The position numbers were made by a program, and so were the translations under genes. A stretch of 64,000 nt of DNA. Source: Candidatus Babeliales bacterium. Lineage in GTDB: Bacteria > Babelota > Babeliae > Babelales > Vermiphilaceae. The DNA is taken from assembly GCA_020050795.1 (NCBI GenBank), contig JAGVKD010000004.1:384-64383 (forward strand). The letters run 5' to 3'. Positions within the stretch are counted from its first letter, which is position 1. Every line of letters begins with the position of its first letter. Shown here piece after piece: positions 27,775 through 38,213 of this stretch. The notes below the pieces were generated by a model. It did no database searches and had not been told where the DNA came from. It worked only from the letters and a program-made list of their open reading frames with translations.

Positions 27775-29499
27775 ATGAAAACACTGCAGGGAAACAAATA
27801 TTTGTGGCGATTGCCACAAACCGATGCGCAGCAGGTGGCTCAACTTGCTGCGCAATATAATTTATCATTTTCGATTGCGCAAACACTTCTGTCTCGTGGA
27901 TTTAAAACCAGAGAAGATGTGGATTCTTTTTTATTCAGTTCATTCGAACGTGATGTTGCACATTCATCGCTCATGAAGGATGCACAAAAATCGGTTGAGC
28001 GAATTCTTTTTGCAATCCAACATAATGAAAAAATTCTCGTGTTTGGTGATTATGATGTGGATGGGATCACCTCATCGGCACTCATGATGATTTGTCTGTT
28101 GCCACTTGGCGCACAGGTGAACTTTTTTCTACCCAATCGTGCACGTGATGGGTATGGTCTTTCGACAAAAGTGGTTGAACGTGCTGCGGCAAATGGGTAC
28201 AAATTAATTATCACCGTTGATAATGGCATCACTGCTTTTGCACCGGCTGCGCGCGCAAAAGAGTTGGGCATCGATTTGATTATCACTGATCATCACCGAC
28301 CGCATGAGTCTGTTCCCGAAGCATTTGCGATTGTTAATCCCAATCAAACGGATTGTTCCTATCCATTCAAAACGCTTGCGGGTGTGGGTGTAACATTCAA
28401 ATTGCTCTCCTTGCTCTATGAGCTCAAAGGCATATCACTGCCATCAAAAGCATATGAACTATTATTGCTTGGTACGATTGCGGATGTTGTGCCTCTACTA
28501 GGTGAAAATCGTTTTTGGGTACGCTATGGATTGAATTATGTGAACAATGCCGACAGCTTATCGCTCAACGTGCTCAAAACAAATGGCAAAGTGAGCAAGG
28601 CAATTATCGATGCATCAGATATTGGTTTTTCTATTGCACCACAAATTAACGCGCTTGGTCGCTTGGAAGATCCTCGCCAAGGCGTCAAATTTTTAATTGG
28701 ATCAGACAAAAAAGAAGTGGAAGAGGTTGGTAAGGTGCTGCTCGAACTCAACGAGCGCAGAAAAGAAATTGAGCGTTCCATTTTCAATCAAGTGGTGCAG
28801 CAGATTGAAGAGAAAAAAATTGATCTTGCGACAGAAAAAGTTATCGTTGCGGCAAGTCGCGGCTGGCCAGCAGGCGTCATAGGATTGGTCGCATCACGTT
28901 TAGTTTCTGCCTATGGGCGCCCCGCTATTTTGTTGCATCTGACTAATGATGGCATTGCAAAAGGTTCGTGCCGTTCAATTGCAGAATTTAATATGTTTAA
29001 TGCATTAAATTCTTGCAAAGATTTGCTCCATCAATTTGGTGGCCATTCGCAAGCGGCAGGGCTTTCACTGTCCGTGGATAATCTGCCAAAATTCAAAGAA
29101 CGATTAGAGCAATTAGTTGCCGAACAACTAACTCCAGAAGATTTGCAGCAGAAATTGCGTATCGATGCGCAGATGAATTTGGGTGATCTCACGCAAAAGT
29201 TTGTTTCCGACATGCAGCACCTGCAACCATTTGGCAACGAGAATCCAGCGCCGGTGTTTTATGCGCAGGATGTGGTGATTGTTCAAAAGCCAACATTGCT
29301 CAAAGATGCGCATGTGAAACTTTCTATTTTTGCTGATGGTGTTATCAAGCCGGTGATATTTTTTAATCGCCCAGAATTATTCGAAATGTTACTTTCATTT
29401 GGACAAGATTCATTTTCTCTCGCGGCGCACGTGAGCGAAAATCATTGGAATGGACGAGTGAATATTGAGTTGACGGGAATTGATATTTCGAAAGAGTGA
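27775..29499 (+). CDS. recJ: single-stranded-DNA-specific exonuclease RecJ
   Basis: DHH motifs DYDVDGITS, VDNGI, ITDHH; DHHA1 motif GGHSQAAG. Confidence 0.9.
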   Translation: MKTLQGNKYLWRLPQTDAQQVAQLAAQYNLSFSIAQTLLSRGFKTREDVDSFLFSSFERDVAHSSLMKDAQKSVERILFAIQHNEKILVFGDYDVDGITSSALMMICLLPLGAQVNFFLPNRARDGYGLSTKVVERAAANGYKLIITVDNGITAFAPAARAKELGIDLIITDHHRPHESVPEAFAIVNPNQTDCSYPFKTLAGVGVTFKLLSLLYELKGISLPSKAYELLLLGTIADVVPLLGENRFWVRYGLNYVNNADSLSLNVLKTNGKVSKAIIDASDIGFSIAPQINALGRLEDPRQGVKFLIGSDKKEVEEVGKVLLELNERRKEIERSIFNQVVQQIEEKKIDLATEKVIVAASRGWPAGVIGLVASRLVSAYGRPAILLHLTNDGIAKGSCRSIAEFNMFNALNSCKDLLHQFGGHSQAAGLSLSVDNLPKFKERLEQLVAEQLTPEDLQQKLRIDAQMNLGDLTQKFVSDMQHLQPFGNENPAPVFYAQDVVIVQKPTLLKDAHVKLSIFADGVIKPVIFFNRPELFEMLLSFGQDSFSLAAHVSENHWNGRVNIELTGIDISKE

Positions 29500-29501
29500 C
29501 A

Positions 29502-30230
29502 ATGATCATAACTATCGATGGCCCAGTTGCAAGCGGCAAATCAACGATCGCACGCATGGTGGCAGAAAAATTACGCTTTTATTATGTCTATAGTGGATTG
29601 CTCTATCGGGCATTGGCCTATGTGTTGATCCGTGAGCATGGCTACAGCAATGACACAATTGCAACACCAGATATGCGCCTTGTCTATACTATTCTTGATC
29701 ATATTTCCTATGCAGATACCAATGGCGGTGTGGGGATTACTTTCGCGCTTCAGGACATCACTACCGCATTAAAAGATGCATCGGTTGATCAAGCTGCATC
29801 CATTGTGAGTGGTAATCCAGCAGTGCGTGATAGTATCAATCAATTGCAGCGCACTATAGCCCAAAAGCATGATGTAGTTGCCGATGGGCGAGATTGCGGA
29901 TCGGTGGTTTTTCCCCACGCGGAACATAAATTTTTTCTCACAGCACCGCTTCATGTGCGTGCACGCCGATGGCAGATGCAGCAACAAGAGCGGGGACATT
30001 TCTATACAATCCAAGATGCAGAACAGATGCTTGCAACGCGCGATACCCGAGATTCAAATCGGACCGTGGCACCTCTTGTAGTACCACTCAATGCCATTGT
30101 TATTGATACTTCTCAGATGACAATCGAAGAAACATTGGATCATATCTTACACTCTATGTATCTATCTCCAGAAGCTCCGTGGCCAAGCAGGCAGGATGTT
30201 TTTCAGGGACCTCATAATCAGGGTGTTTAA
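29502..30230 (+). CDS. cmk: cytidylate kinase
   Basis: MIITIDGPVASGKSTIARMVAEKL P-loop, ...GRDCGSVVFP..., RD..DS.R..APL. Confidence 0.85.
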   Translation: MIITIDGPVASGKSTIARMVAEKLRFYYVYSGLLYRALAYVLIREHGYSNDTIATPDMRLVYTILDHISYADTNGGVGITFALQDITTALKDASVDQAASIVSGNPAVRDSINQLQRTIAQKHDVVADGRDCGSVVFPHAEHKFFLTAPLHVRARRWQMQQQERGHFYTIQDAEQMLATRDTRDSNRTVAPLVVPLNAIVIDTSQMTIEETLDHILHSMYLSPEAPWPSRQDVFQGPHNQGV

Positions 30231-30252
30231 GATAATAAGCAGGAACTTTTTT

Positions 30253-30660
30253 ATGAAACTACATGCATTATTATTGTGTCTTGCTTTGAGTGTGGTACCA
30301 CTCGCTGCGATGGGCAAAAAGAGGTTATCAGAAGGTTTTGTTGAGCGAGATGGGCAAGAACAAGAAGAGCCAGATCTATGGAAATTTTTTATTCCTGTTA
30401 GATCGCCTGGCCGTGGTGCGATCATAAATACACGTCGAGGAATTGGCCATTGGTTACTTGTTGCCCCTGAATTTAAAAATTTTTTTCACTATGCAAAGGT
30501 TGTTAAGGGTACTGCCTTCATTCAAAATGGTGCCATAAAGATCTTAGAAGTTGAAGGTATCAGGAGCATAGATGACTATTATAATGAGGGCATTTCCGTC
30601 GAGGAACGCCCAGAGAATGTGAGACTCAGGCTGGGTAGCAGGCTTGGTACTGTGCTATAA
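30253..30660 (+). CDS. small leader-bearing hypothetical protein
   Basis: MKLHALLLCLALSVVPLAA|MGKK. The track start at 30196 overlaps cmk and is unlikely. Confidence 0.5.
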   Translation: MKLHALLLCLALSVVPLAAMGKKRLSEGFVERDGQEQEEPDLWKFFIPVRSPGRGAIINTRRGIGHWLLVAPEFKNFFHYAKVVKGTAFIQNGAIKILEVEGIRSIDDYYNEGISVEERPENVRLRLGSRLGTVL

Positions 30661-30714
30661 AATGAGCCAACCCGGATTAGTGTTTCTGCTCATTCAATAA
30701 ATAATAAGAACACA

Positions 30715-30750
30715 AAAAAAGAGCCTCGCATTTCTGCGGGGCTCTTTTTA
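30715..30750. terminator. bidirectional rho-independent terminator
   Basis: Stem gagcctcgca/tgcggggctc (30721-30730 / 30735-30744) with an A-run and a T-run, between convergent genes. Confidence 0.65.
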
Positions 30751-30771
30751 CTAAGTGTCTAGAGACTAGAC

Positions 30772-31077
30772 TTAGATTTTTTCAGTAGTTTTTTTATAGC
30801 TGCTGGTAGTTGTTGTTTTTTCTTTTTTCATGCCTTTATCTTTTTTCATAGATTTTTCTTTAGCGGCTTTATCTTTCGCAGCTTTATCTTTTTTTGCTTG
30901 CTTTGCTTTGTCGCGTTCTGCGCGTTCAGCTTTGTCGTTTTTGCCGCCACGTTTTGAACGATCTTCACGTTCCTTTTTATCATACTTGCCTTTCAAGTCA
31001 CCATCTTTTTTACTGCAAGCTGGGAGTGAAAGCAGAGCGCCAGCAGCAAGTGCAAGGCTCAAGAATAACTTATTCAT
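30772..31077 (-). CDS. Lys-rich lipoprotein
   Basis: Lipobox MNKLFLSLALAAGALLSLPA|CSKK. The mature part is K/D/E/A low complexity. Confidence 0.6.
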   Translation of the reverse strand: MNKLFLSLALAAGALLSLPACSKKDGDLKGKYDKKEREDRSKRGGKNDKAERAERDKAKQAKKDKAAKDKAAKEKSMKKDKGMKKEKTTTTSSYKKTTEKI

Positions 31078-31092
31078 ATGCGATCCTTTTGG

Positions 31093-33545
31093 TTACGCCG
31101 TCAAACGCGCTAACTTACGCGCCGGCTTTATTTTTTTGCTCGATGTTTTCTTCTTACGGATGATATTCTTTTTAGCAAATGGACTTTTCACAAATGCTGT
31201 TTCAAGCACTTGATCCATGTTCTTAACAGGTACTATATTTAGATCGTCGATTGCAATCTCTTTTCTAATTTCTGTCAGATCGTCTTTATTTTCATCGGGT
31301 ATAATAACTGTTTTGAATCCATGCTGGCGTGCAGCAAGTAATTTCTCTTTCAAGCCGCCGATTGCAAGCACGCGTCCTTGCAACGTTATCTCACCCGTCA
31401 TAACAATGTCCGGGCGTAATGCATTTTTGGTCAATGCAGAAACAATTGCGCAGCACATAGTAATACCAGCGGAAGGACCATCTTTTGGAGTGGCACCTTC
31501 TGGCAAGTGGACGTGAATATCTCTGTTGGCATAAAAGGATGGTTTGATATTCAAATCTTCTGCGCGGGAACGGATGTATGAAATTGCTGCTTGCGCAGAT
31601 TCTTGCATCACATCGCCAAGTTGTCCGGTCAGAGTTACGGTACCTTTACCCGCCAGAGCGGTTGTTTCGATTTCTAACACGTCACCACCAACCTCGGTCC
31701 ATGCAAGGCCAGTTGCCAAACCGATGCGATCAGCACGATCGCTCAAGCTGGTTGGTTTGAAAATATGATTTCCAAGCCATTCAAGAATGAGTTGGTTAGT
31801 AACGGTTATACTCTTCTTATTTTTATCTTTTAGTAATTCTTGAATCGATTTACGCATTAATTTGGTAATAATACGTTCAAGCTGACGAACACCAGATTCT
31901 TTAGTGTAGTGATTAATGATGGTATTAATCGATTCATCAGGAAGCTTGAACTGTGTTTTATCCAAACTGTGTTCTGTCAAATTGCGTGGAACCAAAAACT
32001 TTTTGCCAATGGCATTTTTCTCTTCGATGGTGTAGCCAGACAATGGAATCATTTCCAAACGATCATAAAGAGCGTAGGGAATATGGTCAGCAACGTTTGC
32101 CGTTGCGATGAACATTACTCGCGACAAGTCGTATTCCGTATCCAAAAAGTGATCCACAAAGTTTTTGTTTTGTTCTGGATCGAGCACCTCAAGCAATGCT
32201 GCAGCTGGATCGCCGTGCACGTCGTGCGACATTTTATCAATCTCATCAAGCAAGATGACCGGGTTGATCGAGTTTGCTTTCTTCATCGATTGAATAATTT
32301 TGCCCGGAAGTGCACCAATATAGGTGCGGCGATGACCACGAATTTCTGCTTCGTCACGCACACCACCCAAGGAGATGCGCACGAACTCACGTCCCAAACT
32401 TTCAGCAACTGATTTTGCCAACGAGGTTTTACCCACACCCGGTGGACCAACGAGGCACAAAATGGGAGAGCGTTCTAGATTTTTAGAAAACTTTTTCGCA
32501 GCCAAAAATTCAATAATACGCTCTTTAGCCTTTTTCAGACCGGCATGCGTATTTTCAAGAATGTGTTCTGCTTTTCTGATGCTGATAGTATCTTTGGTTT
32601 CTTTTTTCCATGGCAACGACATGATCCAGTCGATATAGTTTCGACTAATCGCTGCTTCAGAAGAAAGCGGTGGCATCTGCTCAAGGCGATTTAATTCTTT
32701 TTCAACTTTTTCATGAGCATCTTGTGATAGACCAATTTTTTTAATCTTGGCACGAATTTCATCAATGTCGGCGCTTTGGTCATCACGACCAAGTTCTTTT
32801 TGAATCGCCTTCATCTGCTCATTGAGATAGTATTCACGTTGATTTTTTCAACTTGAGTTTGAACGCGTCCCTGAATGCGCTGTTGAGCTTGCAAAATATC
32901 AACTTCACGTTGCAATACACTAGAAACGTACAGCATACGATCAGCTAAATTGTGAAGTTCAAGAATCTTTTGGCGATCTTCAAGGGACATCTGAGGATAC
33001 GCAGGGTTAAAAATATGGACTGCGATAGTGTCAGTCATATAGTCCATATCAGTTGCCGTTTTGATTGTTTCGATCAAGTCAGCAGGAGCTTTTTCATTGA
33101 GCTTAGTGTAGTTCAGGTAGAGCTGGTGCAATTGACGCCATCCGGCCCATAATTCAATCTCATTGCCCTCGATGCCACTTGTGGGTACATCTTCATAGGC
33201 AGCCGTGAAAAACTCGCCCTCAGTCTCAATATGAGTGGCGCGAGCACGGCAGATACCTTCGGCCAAAATTTTGAATGCGCCATCAGGATTTCGCATGACC
33301 TGAAGAATAGTCGCACGAGTACCAAAATGGTACAAATTCTCTGCCTCAGCTTCATCAGCTTTGGTATCTTTTTGGGAGGTGATAAAAAGGGTTCGGTCGT
33401 GTTTGAGGGCGTATTCAACAGCCTTTATAGATTTTTTACGCCCAACAACGATGGGGATAATGCTTTTGGGCAAAATCACCATGTTTTTCAGGGGTAAAAG
33501 GGGAAGTTGAGTTTCGTGCTCAGTGAGCATTTCTGTATCGGTCAT
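31093..33545 (-). pseudogene. lon: ATP-dependent Lon protease, reading frame broken once (ORFs 32811..33545 and 31093..32814)
   Basis: Upstream ORF is the Lon N-domain (LPLLPLKNMVILP...). Downstream ORF starts at the conserved ...MKAIQKELG and carries GPPGVGKTS, the sensor region and the protease site PKDGPSAGITM. Adding one A to the A6 run (T6 at 32843-32848 on the plus strand) restores VEKNQREYYLNEQMKAIQKELG. Confidence 0.85.
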
Positions 33546-34082
33546 TGTACGTCCTATTCCTACTAGACACGTTTCCCGAGGTGGCTAAAAACGCGTAAAA
33601 ATCTCGTGTGATGCGTCTTTATGCTGACCTACGAGGAAATTGGACTAAGTATTTTCTCTTCCTATATTATAAAGGTAAGTTTTTGCCACTTTTTGTCAAT
33701 CAAATGCGTAACTCTTTTGTCTCAATATAATTGGGGCCGAAGCTGACAAGAGGCTCGAATGCCATTATTTAATTTTTACTTTAAAAGTAAGTCTGTAGTT
33801 GCAAAATTTGCCCTTTGATTCACATGAGGCTATAGTAGGAGAGCTTGCTAGGGCAGCCAAAAATAGGGCTTAGTCCAAAACAGGCTCTTTTTTGTTGGTC
33901 ATTGTTTTCCTAAGAATATTTGGTAATTAAAGGAGGGGACAACGGGTAGAGAGTTCTTCCTTTTTGTCTTTTTTGCAAACCTAGAGAAAAACCCGCTACT
34001 CCAGCATTTACAATACCTTATTCTTTGTTAGAATTATTTTTGTTAAGGTTTTCACACATTTCTGTCCTAAAGGGATCTGCAT

Positions 34083-35420
34083 ATGTTTAATCGCCTTGCC
34101 TCTGCTCTATGGGGTAAATTCGAGAGTTCAGATGAGCTCAAAAAATTTCTCAAGTTAGCCGTAATCTTCGGCTTGATTATCGGTGTCTATTGGACGCTTC
34201 GCCCAATCAAAGACAGTATCTTTATGTCGGTTGTTGGTCGCGACTACCTGTGGATGGCAAAAATTGTGTCTCTCTGCGTAGTGGCACCGCTTGTCATTAT
34301 CTACAGTAAATTGCTTGATATGTTCCATCGCCACAAAGTTTTTTATGTGTTGATGGGCGGTTATGCGGTACTGGCCTTGATCTTTACTTTTGTTTTTATG
34401 CATCCAGAATTAGGACTTTCAAACACAGTTGCAGCGCCAACACGCGTTGTTGGTTGGGCATGGTATGTGTTTGTGGAAAGCTTTGGTTCATTGACCGTAG
34501 CGCTCTTCTGGGGTATCACTACTGATATTACTGCTCCTCAGGCTGCGCAGCGCGGGTTTCCTATCATTGCTCTCTTTGGGCAGTTGGGTAACATCTTCGG
34601 GCCATTTATTCTTCGTACAGATTTTCTTGGTCTAGCGCACAGCGGTCCAATCGTTGGTATCTGTGGCCTGCTTATGATTATGACTGGTTTGGGAATGTGG
34701 TATTTCCAACACTCAACACCAGAATATTTGATGCATGGCTTCGATGACAAAGCTCACAAAAGTGACTCGGAACCAGAGCCAGGCTTCTTTGAAGGCTTGC
34801 GTCTTTTGGTGAGCCAATCATACCTCTTGGGTATCTTTATCATCATCACTTTCTACGAAATTATCGTTACTATTATCGATTATCACTTCAAGCAAACAGC
34901 CGGTGCTACATTCTCAACTGAGGGTGAAGTTTCAGCGTTCTTGTCTAGCTATGCATACACAACAGGTATCGTTGCTACATTGTGCGTATTGTTAGGTATT
35001 AACAATATTCAGCGCAAATTGGGCATGAAAGCATCTTTGATCGTGCTTCCTATTCTGATCGGTGTTGCGATTTTAGTAATTAAATTTAATCCTGACGCGT
35101 TGCATATTGCATTCTGGATCATGGTGTTTTCAAAAGCGGTAAACTACGCATTGAACGCGCCAACATTGAAACAGCTCTACATTCCAACATCATCAGATAC
35201 CAAGTATAAAGCTCAAGCATGGCTTGAAATGTTTGGTTCTCGTGGTGCAAAAGGTGGCGCATCTGTTATCAATAGTTTCCGAGGCAAACTTGGTCTTGCA
35301 GGCTTCTTGACTATGAGCGTTGCATTATCATTTGGTTTGATTGGTATCTGGATTATGGTTGCGCTCTATGTATCGCGTACCTTTAATACAGCCATCGAGA
35401 AGAACGAAGTGGTATGTTAA
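34083..35420 (+). CDS. ATP/ADP translocase-type nucleotide transporter (Tlc/NTT family), copy 1
   Basis: LRPIKDSIF..., VFYVLMG, VESFGSLTVALFWGITTDIT..QAAQRGFPIIALFGQLGN, KAVNYALNAPTLKQLYIPTSSDTKYKAQAWLEMFGSRGAKGGASVI. Collinear with Rickettsia Tlc1 as I recall it. Confidence 0.85.
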   Translation: MFNRLASALWGKFESSDELKKFLKLAVIFGLIIGVYWTLRPIKDSIFMSVVGRDYLWMAKIVSLCVVAPLVIIYSKLLDMFHRHKVFYVLMGGYAVLALIFTFVFMHPELGLSNTVAAPTRVVGWAWYVFVESFGSLTVALFWGITTDITAPQAAQRGFPIIALFGQLGNIFGPFILRTDFLGLAHSGPIVGICGLLMIMTGLGMWYFQHSTPEYLMHGFDDKAHKSDSEPEPGFFEGLRLLVSQSYLLGIFIIITFYEIIVTIIDYHFKQTAGATFSTEGEVSAFLSSYAYTTGIVATLCVLLGINNIQRKLGMKASLIVLPILIGVAILVIKFNPDALHIAFWIMVFSKAVNYALNAPTLKQLYIPTSSDTKYKAQAWLEMFGSRGAKGGASVINSFRGKLGLAGFLTMSVALSFGLIGIWIMVALYVSRTFNTAIEKNEVVC

Positions 35421-35590
35421 TGCAGCATGCACAACAAGTTCGGTTAGTATAGAAAATGCAAAGGCCATGTGGATCGCCCAAAAGTGATCCTCTGGCCTTT
35501 TCTCGTAAGTTTTTTTGGTGAGAGTTGAGTAATAAAAAAGCGCAGTAGTTTGGAAATTGTAGTGGCATTTTTATTTGCGGAGCGCAACAG

Positions 35591-36997
35591 ATGTTTTCGG
35601 CAACCCGAAGATGGTTTGGAAATTTGTTACTCGAAGGCGACGTGCACGAGCGGCGCAAGGTACTCCTTTTAACGGTTATCTACTTTTTGGTAATTAGTGC
35701 CTACACGGTGGCTCAAGGCCTCAAAGACTCGGTCTTTTTGAGTGTTGTTGGTCGCGAATATGTGCCATGGGCACGACTTGCTTCATTGTTTGTATTGATA
35801 CCGGCTGTATTACTCTATTCAAAAGTTGTCGACAATGTTCGCCGCTATCAATTGTTGGCAATCTATAGCATCGCATTTGGTCTTTTAGGGCTTGGCTTTG
35901 CCATTGCAATAGGGCATTCGACTATCGGAATTGGTAATACAGATACAAGTCCTCTGCGCATTTTTGGCTGGCTCTTCTATTTCTTCGTGGAAGGCTATAC
36001 ACCTTTTGTGGTGAGTGTTATGTGGGCATTTGTGAACTCAATAACCAGTCCCGAATCTGCAAAACAAAGTTATGGGATTATGGTGGCGGGTTCCAAATTG
36101 GGCGGGATGTTAGGTGCTGGAGTTCCATGGTTATTATTTGCGCTTGATGATTATTCGAAAGCTCCTATTGCCGCGCAAGTATTCACCCATCAAATAGTCC
36201 TTGCCGTTGCTTCCACATTGCTTTTAGCGGTACCACTTGTTATTTATCACTTAATGCGCGTGATCCCGGGCAAATATCTTCATGGATATGAGGCCGCCTA
36301 TCAATTTGAAAAACATCAAAAGCAGGTGGGGAAAGAAAAAACGGGATTATTTTCTGGTTTAGTTCTATTGCTTAAATATCCCTATGTGTTGGGCATTTTT
36401 GGTGTGGTCTATTTCTATGAAGTACTCAATACCGTACTTGGCTATATGCGGTTGGGTGCAGCAGAAGAATATAGCGAAACACTTGCTGGCAAGGGTGCAT
36501 TTTTCTTCCAAACATACTTTTTAGTGCATTCAGTTGGATTTGTGATTTCTCTCTTTGGAACAAGATGGCTCATGTCCCATATGGGTGAGCGTATTTGTTT
36601 GATACTTATTCCTGTTTTGACAGGTTTTGGATTGCTTTATTTCTCACTTGCCACTTCGCCAAGTGCATTGATTTTTGCTTTTACGATAATGAAGGCAGTG
36701 AATTATGCATTTAGCTATCCAGTGCGCGAAAGTCTTTATATTCCAACGGCAAAAGCTATTAAGTTTAAATCAAAATCTTGGATAGATGCCTTTGGAAGTA
36801 AGTTTGCAAAAGTGAATGGATCCTCCTTTGTGTTGCTCATGCAAACGGCGGGGCCTGCTGTGTTAGCGGTAGCGCAACCCCTGTTTTTTGTGACAACTAT
36901 TGGACTTTGGACAGTGACAGCATATTGTCTTGGGCGCAGATTTGAGCGCTCCGTAGTGAATCAAGAAGTTATTGGATCAGAAGAAGAGGCTGCATAG
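35591..36997 (+). CDS. ATP/ADP translocase-type nucleotide transporter (Tlc/NTT family), copy 2
   Basis: LKDSVFLSVVGREY, VEGYTPFVVSVMWAFVNSIT, KAVNYAFSYPVRESLYIPTAKAIKFKSKSWIDAFGSKFAK. Paralog of copy 1. Confidence 0.85.
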   Translation: MFSATRRWFGNLLLEGDVHERRKVLLLTVIYFLVISAYTVAQGLKDSVFLSVVGREYVPWARLASLFVLIPAVLLYSKVVDNVRRYQLLAIYSIAFGLLGLGFAIAIGHSTIGIGNTDTSPLRIFGWLFYFFVEGYTPFVVSVMWAFVNSITSPESAKQSYGIMVAGSKLGGMLGAGVPWLLFALDDYSKAPIAAQVFTHQIVLAVASTLLLAVPLVIYHLMRVIPGKYLHGYEAAYQFEKHQKQVGKEKTGLFSGLVLLLKYPYVLGIFGVVYFYEVLNTVLGYMRLGAAEEYSETLAGKGAFFFQTYFLVHSVGFVISLFGTRWLMSHMGERICLILIPVLTGFGLLYFSLATSPSALIFAFTIMKAVNYAFSYPVRESLYIPTAKAIKFKSKSWIDAFGSKFAKVNGSSFVLLMQTAGPAVLAVAQPLFFVTTIGLWTVTAYCLGRRFERSVVNQEVIGSEEEAA

Positions 36998-37088
36998 GCC
37001 TAGGAAAAAAGAGGTTCGATATTGCAATTTGTGCCTCTTTTGATACACTTTTTCTGTGTGGTTTAAGCGGAAACTTGAAAGGATTTGA

Positions 37089-38096
37089 ATGAGCGATCGC
37101 AAGCAGCTATATAAGCAGCTGGTCGAGGCCGGCGTACACTTCGGGCATCAAACGTCCCGTTGGAACCCGAGCATGAAGCCCTATATTTGGGGTTCTAAGA
37201 ACAAAATACATTTAATTGATGTCTCAAAAACTGCTAATCAGTTGCAAAAGGCAGCAACGTTCCTTGAAGGAATTGCGGCCGAAGGCAAACAGATTTTGTG
37301 GGTTGGTACCAAGAAGGCAGCGCAAAACTCTATTAGAGAAGTTGCGACTAGGCTTGATATGCCCTACGTGAATCATCGTTGGGTTGGTGGTACCCTGAGC
37401 AATTTTACTCAGGTAAAAAAATCGGTAACTCGTCTCCTTCATGATGAAGACATCATTGAAAAATCCGAGAAGTTCCCGCACTACACCAAGAAAGAATTGA
37501 ACGTTATCAAAAAACGTGCCGATCGTACAGCCAAAGTTGTTGGCGGCATTCGCAAGTTCACCTGGCCGGTAGCCGCAATCGTTCTCATCGATGTAGGCAA
37601 AGAATGCTCTGCATTGCGTGAAGCATCGGTTATGGGTGTTCCTGTCGTTGGTGTTGTCGATACAAATTGCGATCCATCGTTGGTTGATTACGTAATCCCA
37701 GCAAATGATGATGCAGAACGTTCTATCGCTATGATCACAGCGTTCTTGGGTAATGCAGTTGAACGTGGTCGCGAAGCAGCTAAACAAACTATTCTTGAAA
37801 AAAGAAAGCAAGAAGCTGCCAAAAAGACTGAAACTAAAGATGCAGCAGCTAAAAAAGTTGCCACTTCATTAGAAGCAGTTGTTGCGCCAGTGGAACTAGA
37901 AGTACTTGAGCGGTTGAGTGAAGAAGCTGAAGAAGAAGATCACGAAGAGCAATCTTTTGTGAAGAAATCAGCGAAATCCTCTGCTCCTAAAGTAGTCATC
38001 GAAGAAGATGATATTGAAATTGAAGAGCCCACAGAAAAGAAAGCAACTGTAAAACCAGCTGCAAAAAGAGATGAAAAGTCTAAAGCTAACAAATAA
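37089..38096 (+). CDS. rpsB: 30S ribosomal protein S2 with K/E/A-rich C-terminal extension
   Basis: VHFGHQTSRWNPSMKPYIWG, ILWVGTKK, DTNCDPSLVDYVIPANDDA. About 85 extra charged residues at the C-terminus. Confidence 0.9.
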   Translation: MSDRKQLYKQLVEAGVHFGHQTSRWNPSMKPYIWGSKNKIHLIDVSKTANQLQKAATFLEGIAAEGKQILWVGTKKAAQNSIREVATRLDMPYVNHRWVGGTLSNFTQVKKSVTRLLHDEDIIEKSEKFPHYTKKELNVIKKRADRTAKVVGGIRKFTWPVAAIVLIDVGKECSALREASVMGVPVVGVVDTNCDPSLVDYVIPANDDAERSIAMITAFLGNAVERGREAAKQTILEKRKQEAAKKTETKDAAAKKVATSLEAVVAPVELEVLERLSEEAEEEDHEEQSFVKKSAKSSAPKVVIEEDDIEIEEPTEKKATVKPAAKRDEKSKANK

Positions 38097-38121
38097 TTAG
38101 CTGCGGAACTTTTTACGCTGT

Positions 38122-38213
38122 GGAGAGGTGTCTGAGTGGTCGAAAGAGCATGATTGGAAATCATGTATGTTCCGAAAGGGGCATCGAGGGTTCGAATCCC
38201 TCTCTCTCCACCA
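38122..38213 (+). tRNA. tRNA-Ser (anticodon GGA), encoded CCA
   Basis: Acceptor ggagagg/tctctcc, anticodon stem catga/tcatg with loop tTGGAaa, long variable arm, T-arm gaggg-ttcgaat-ccctc, 3' ACCA. Confidence 0.85.

Noticed and set aside
37840-38096. K/E/A-rich C-terminal tail of S2, and the acidic tract of DnaX (39790-39900), as possible functional novelties
   Set aside because: These are low-complexity extensions in linker or tail positions, which are common and evolve neutrally. There is nothing specific to test from sequence alone.
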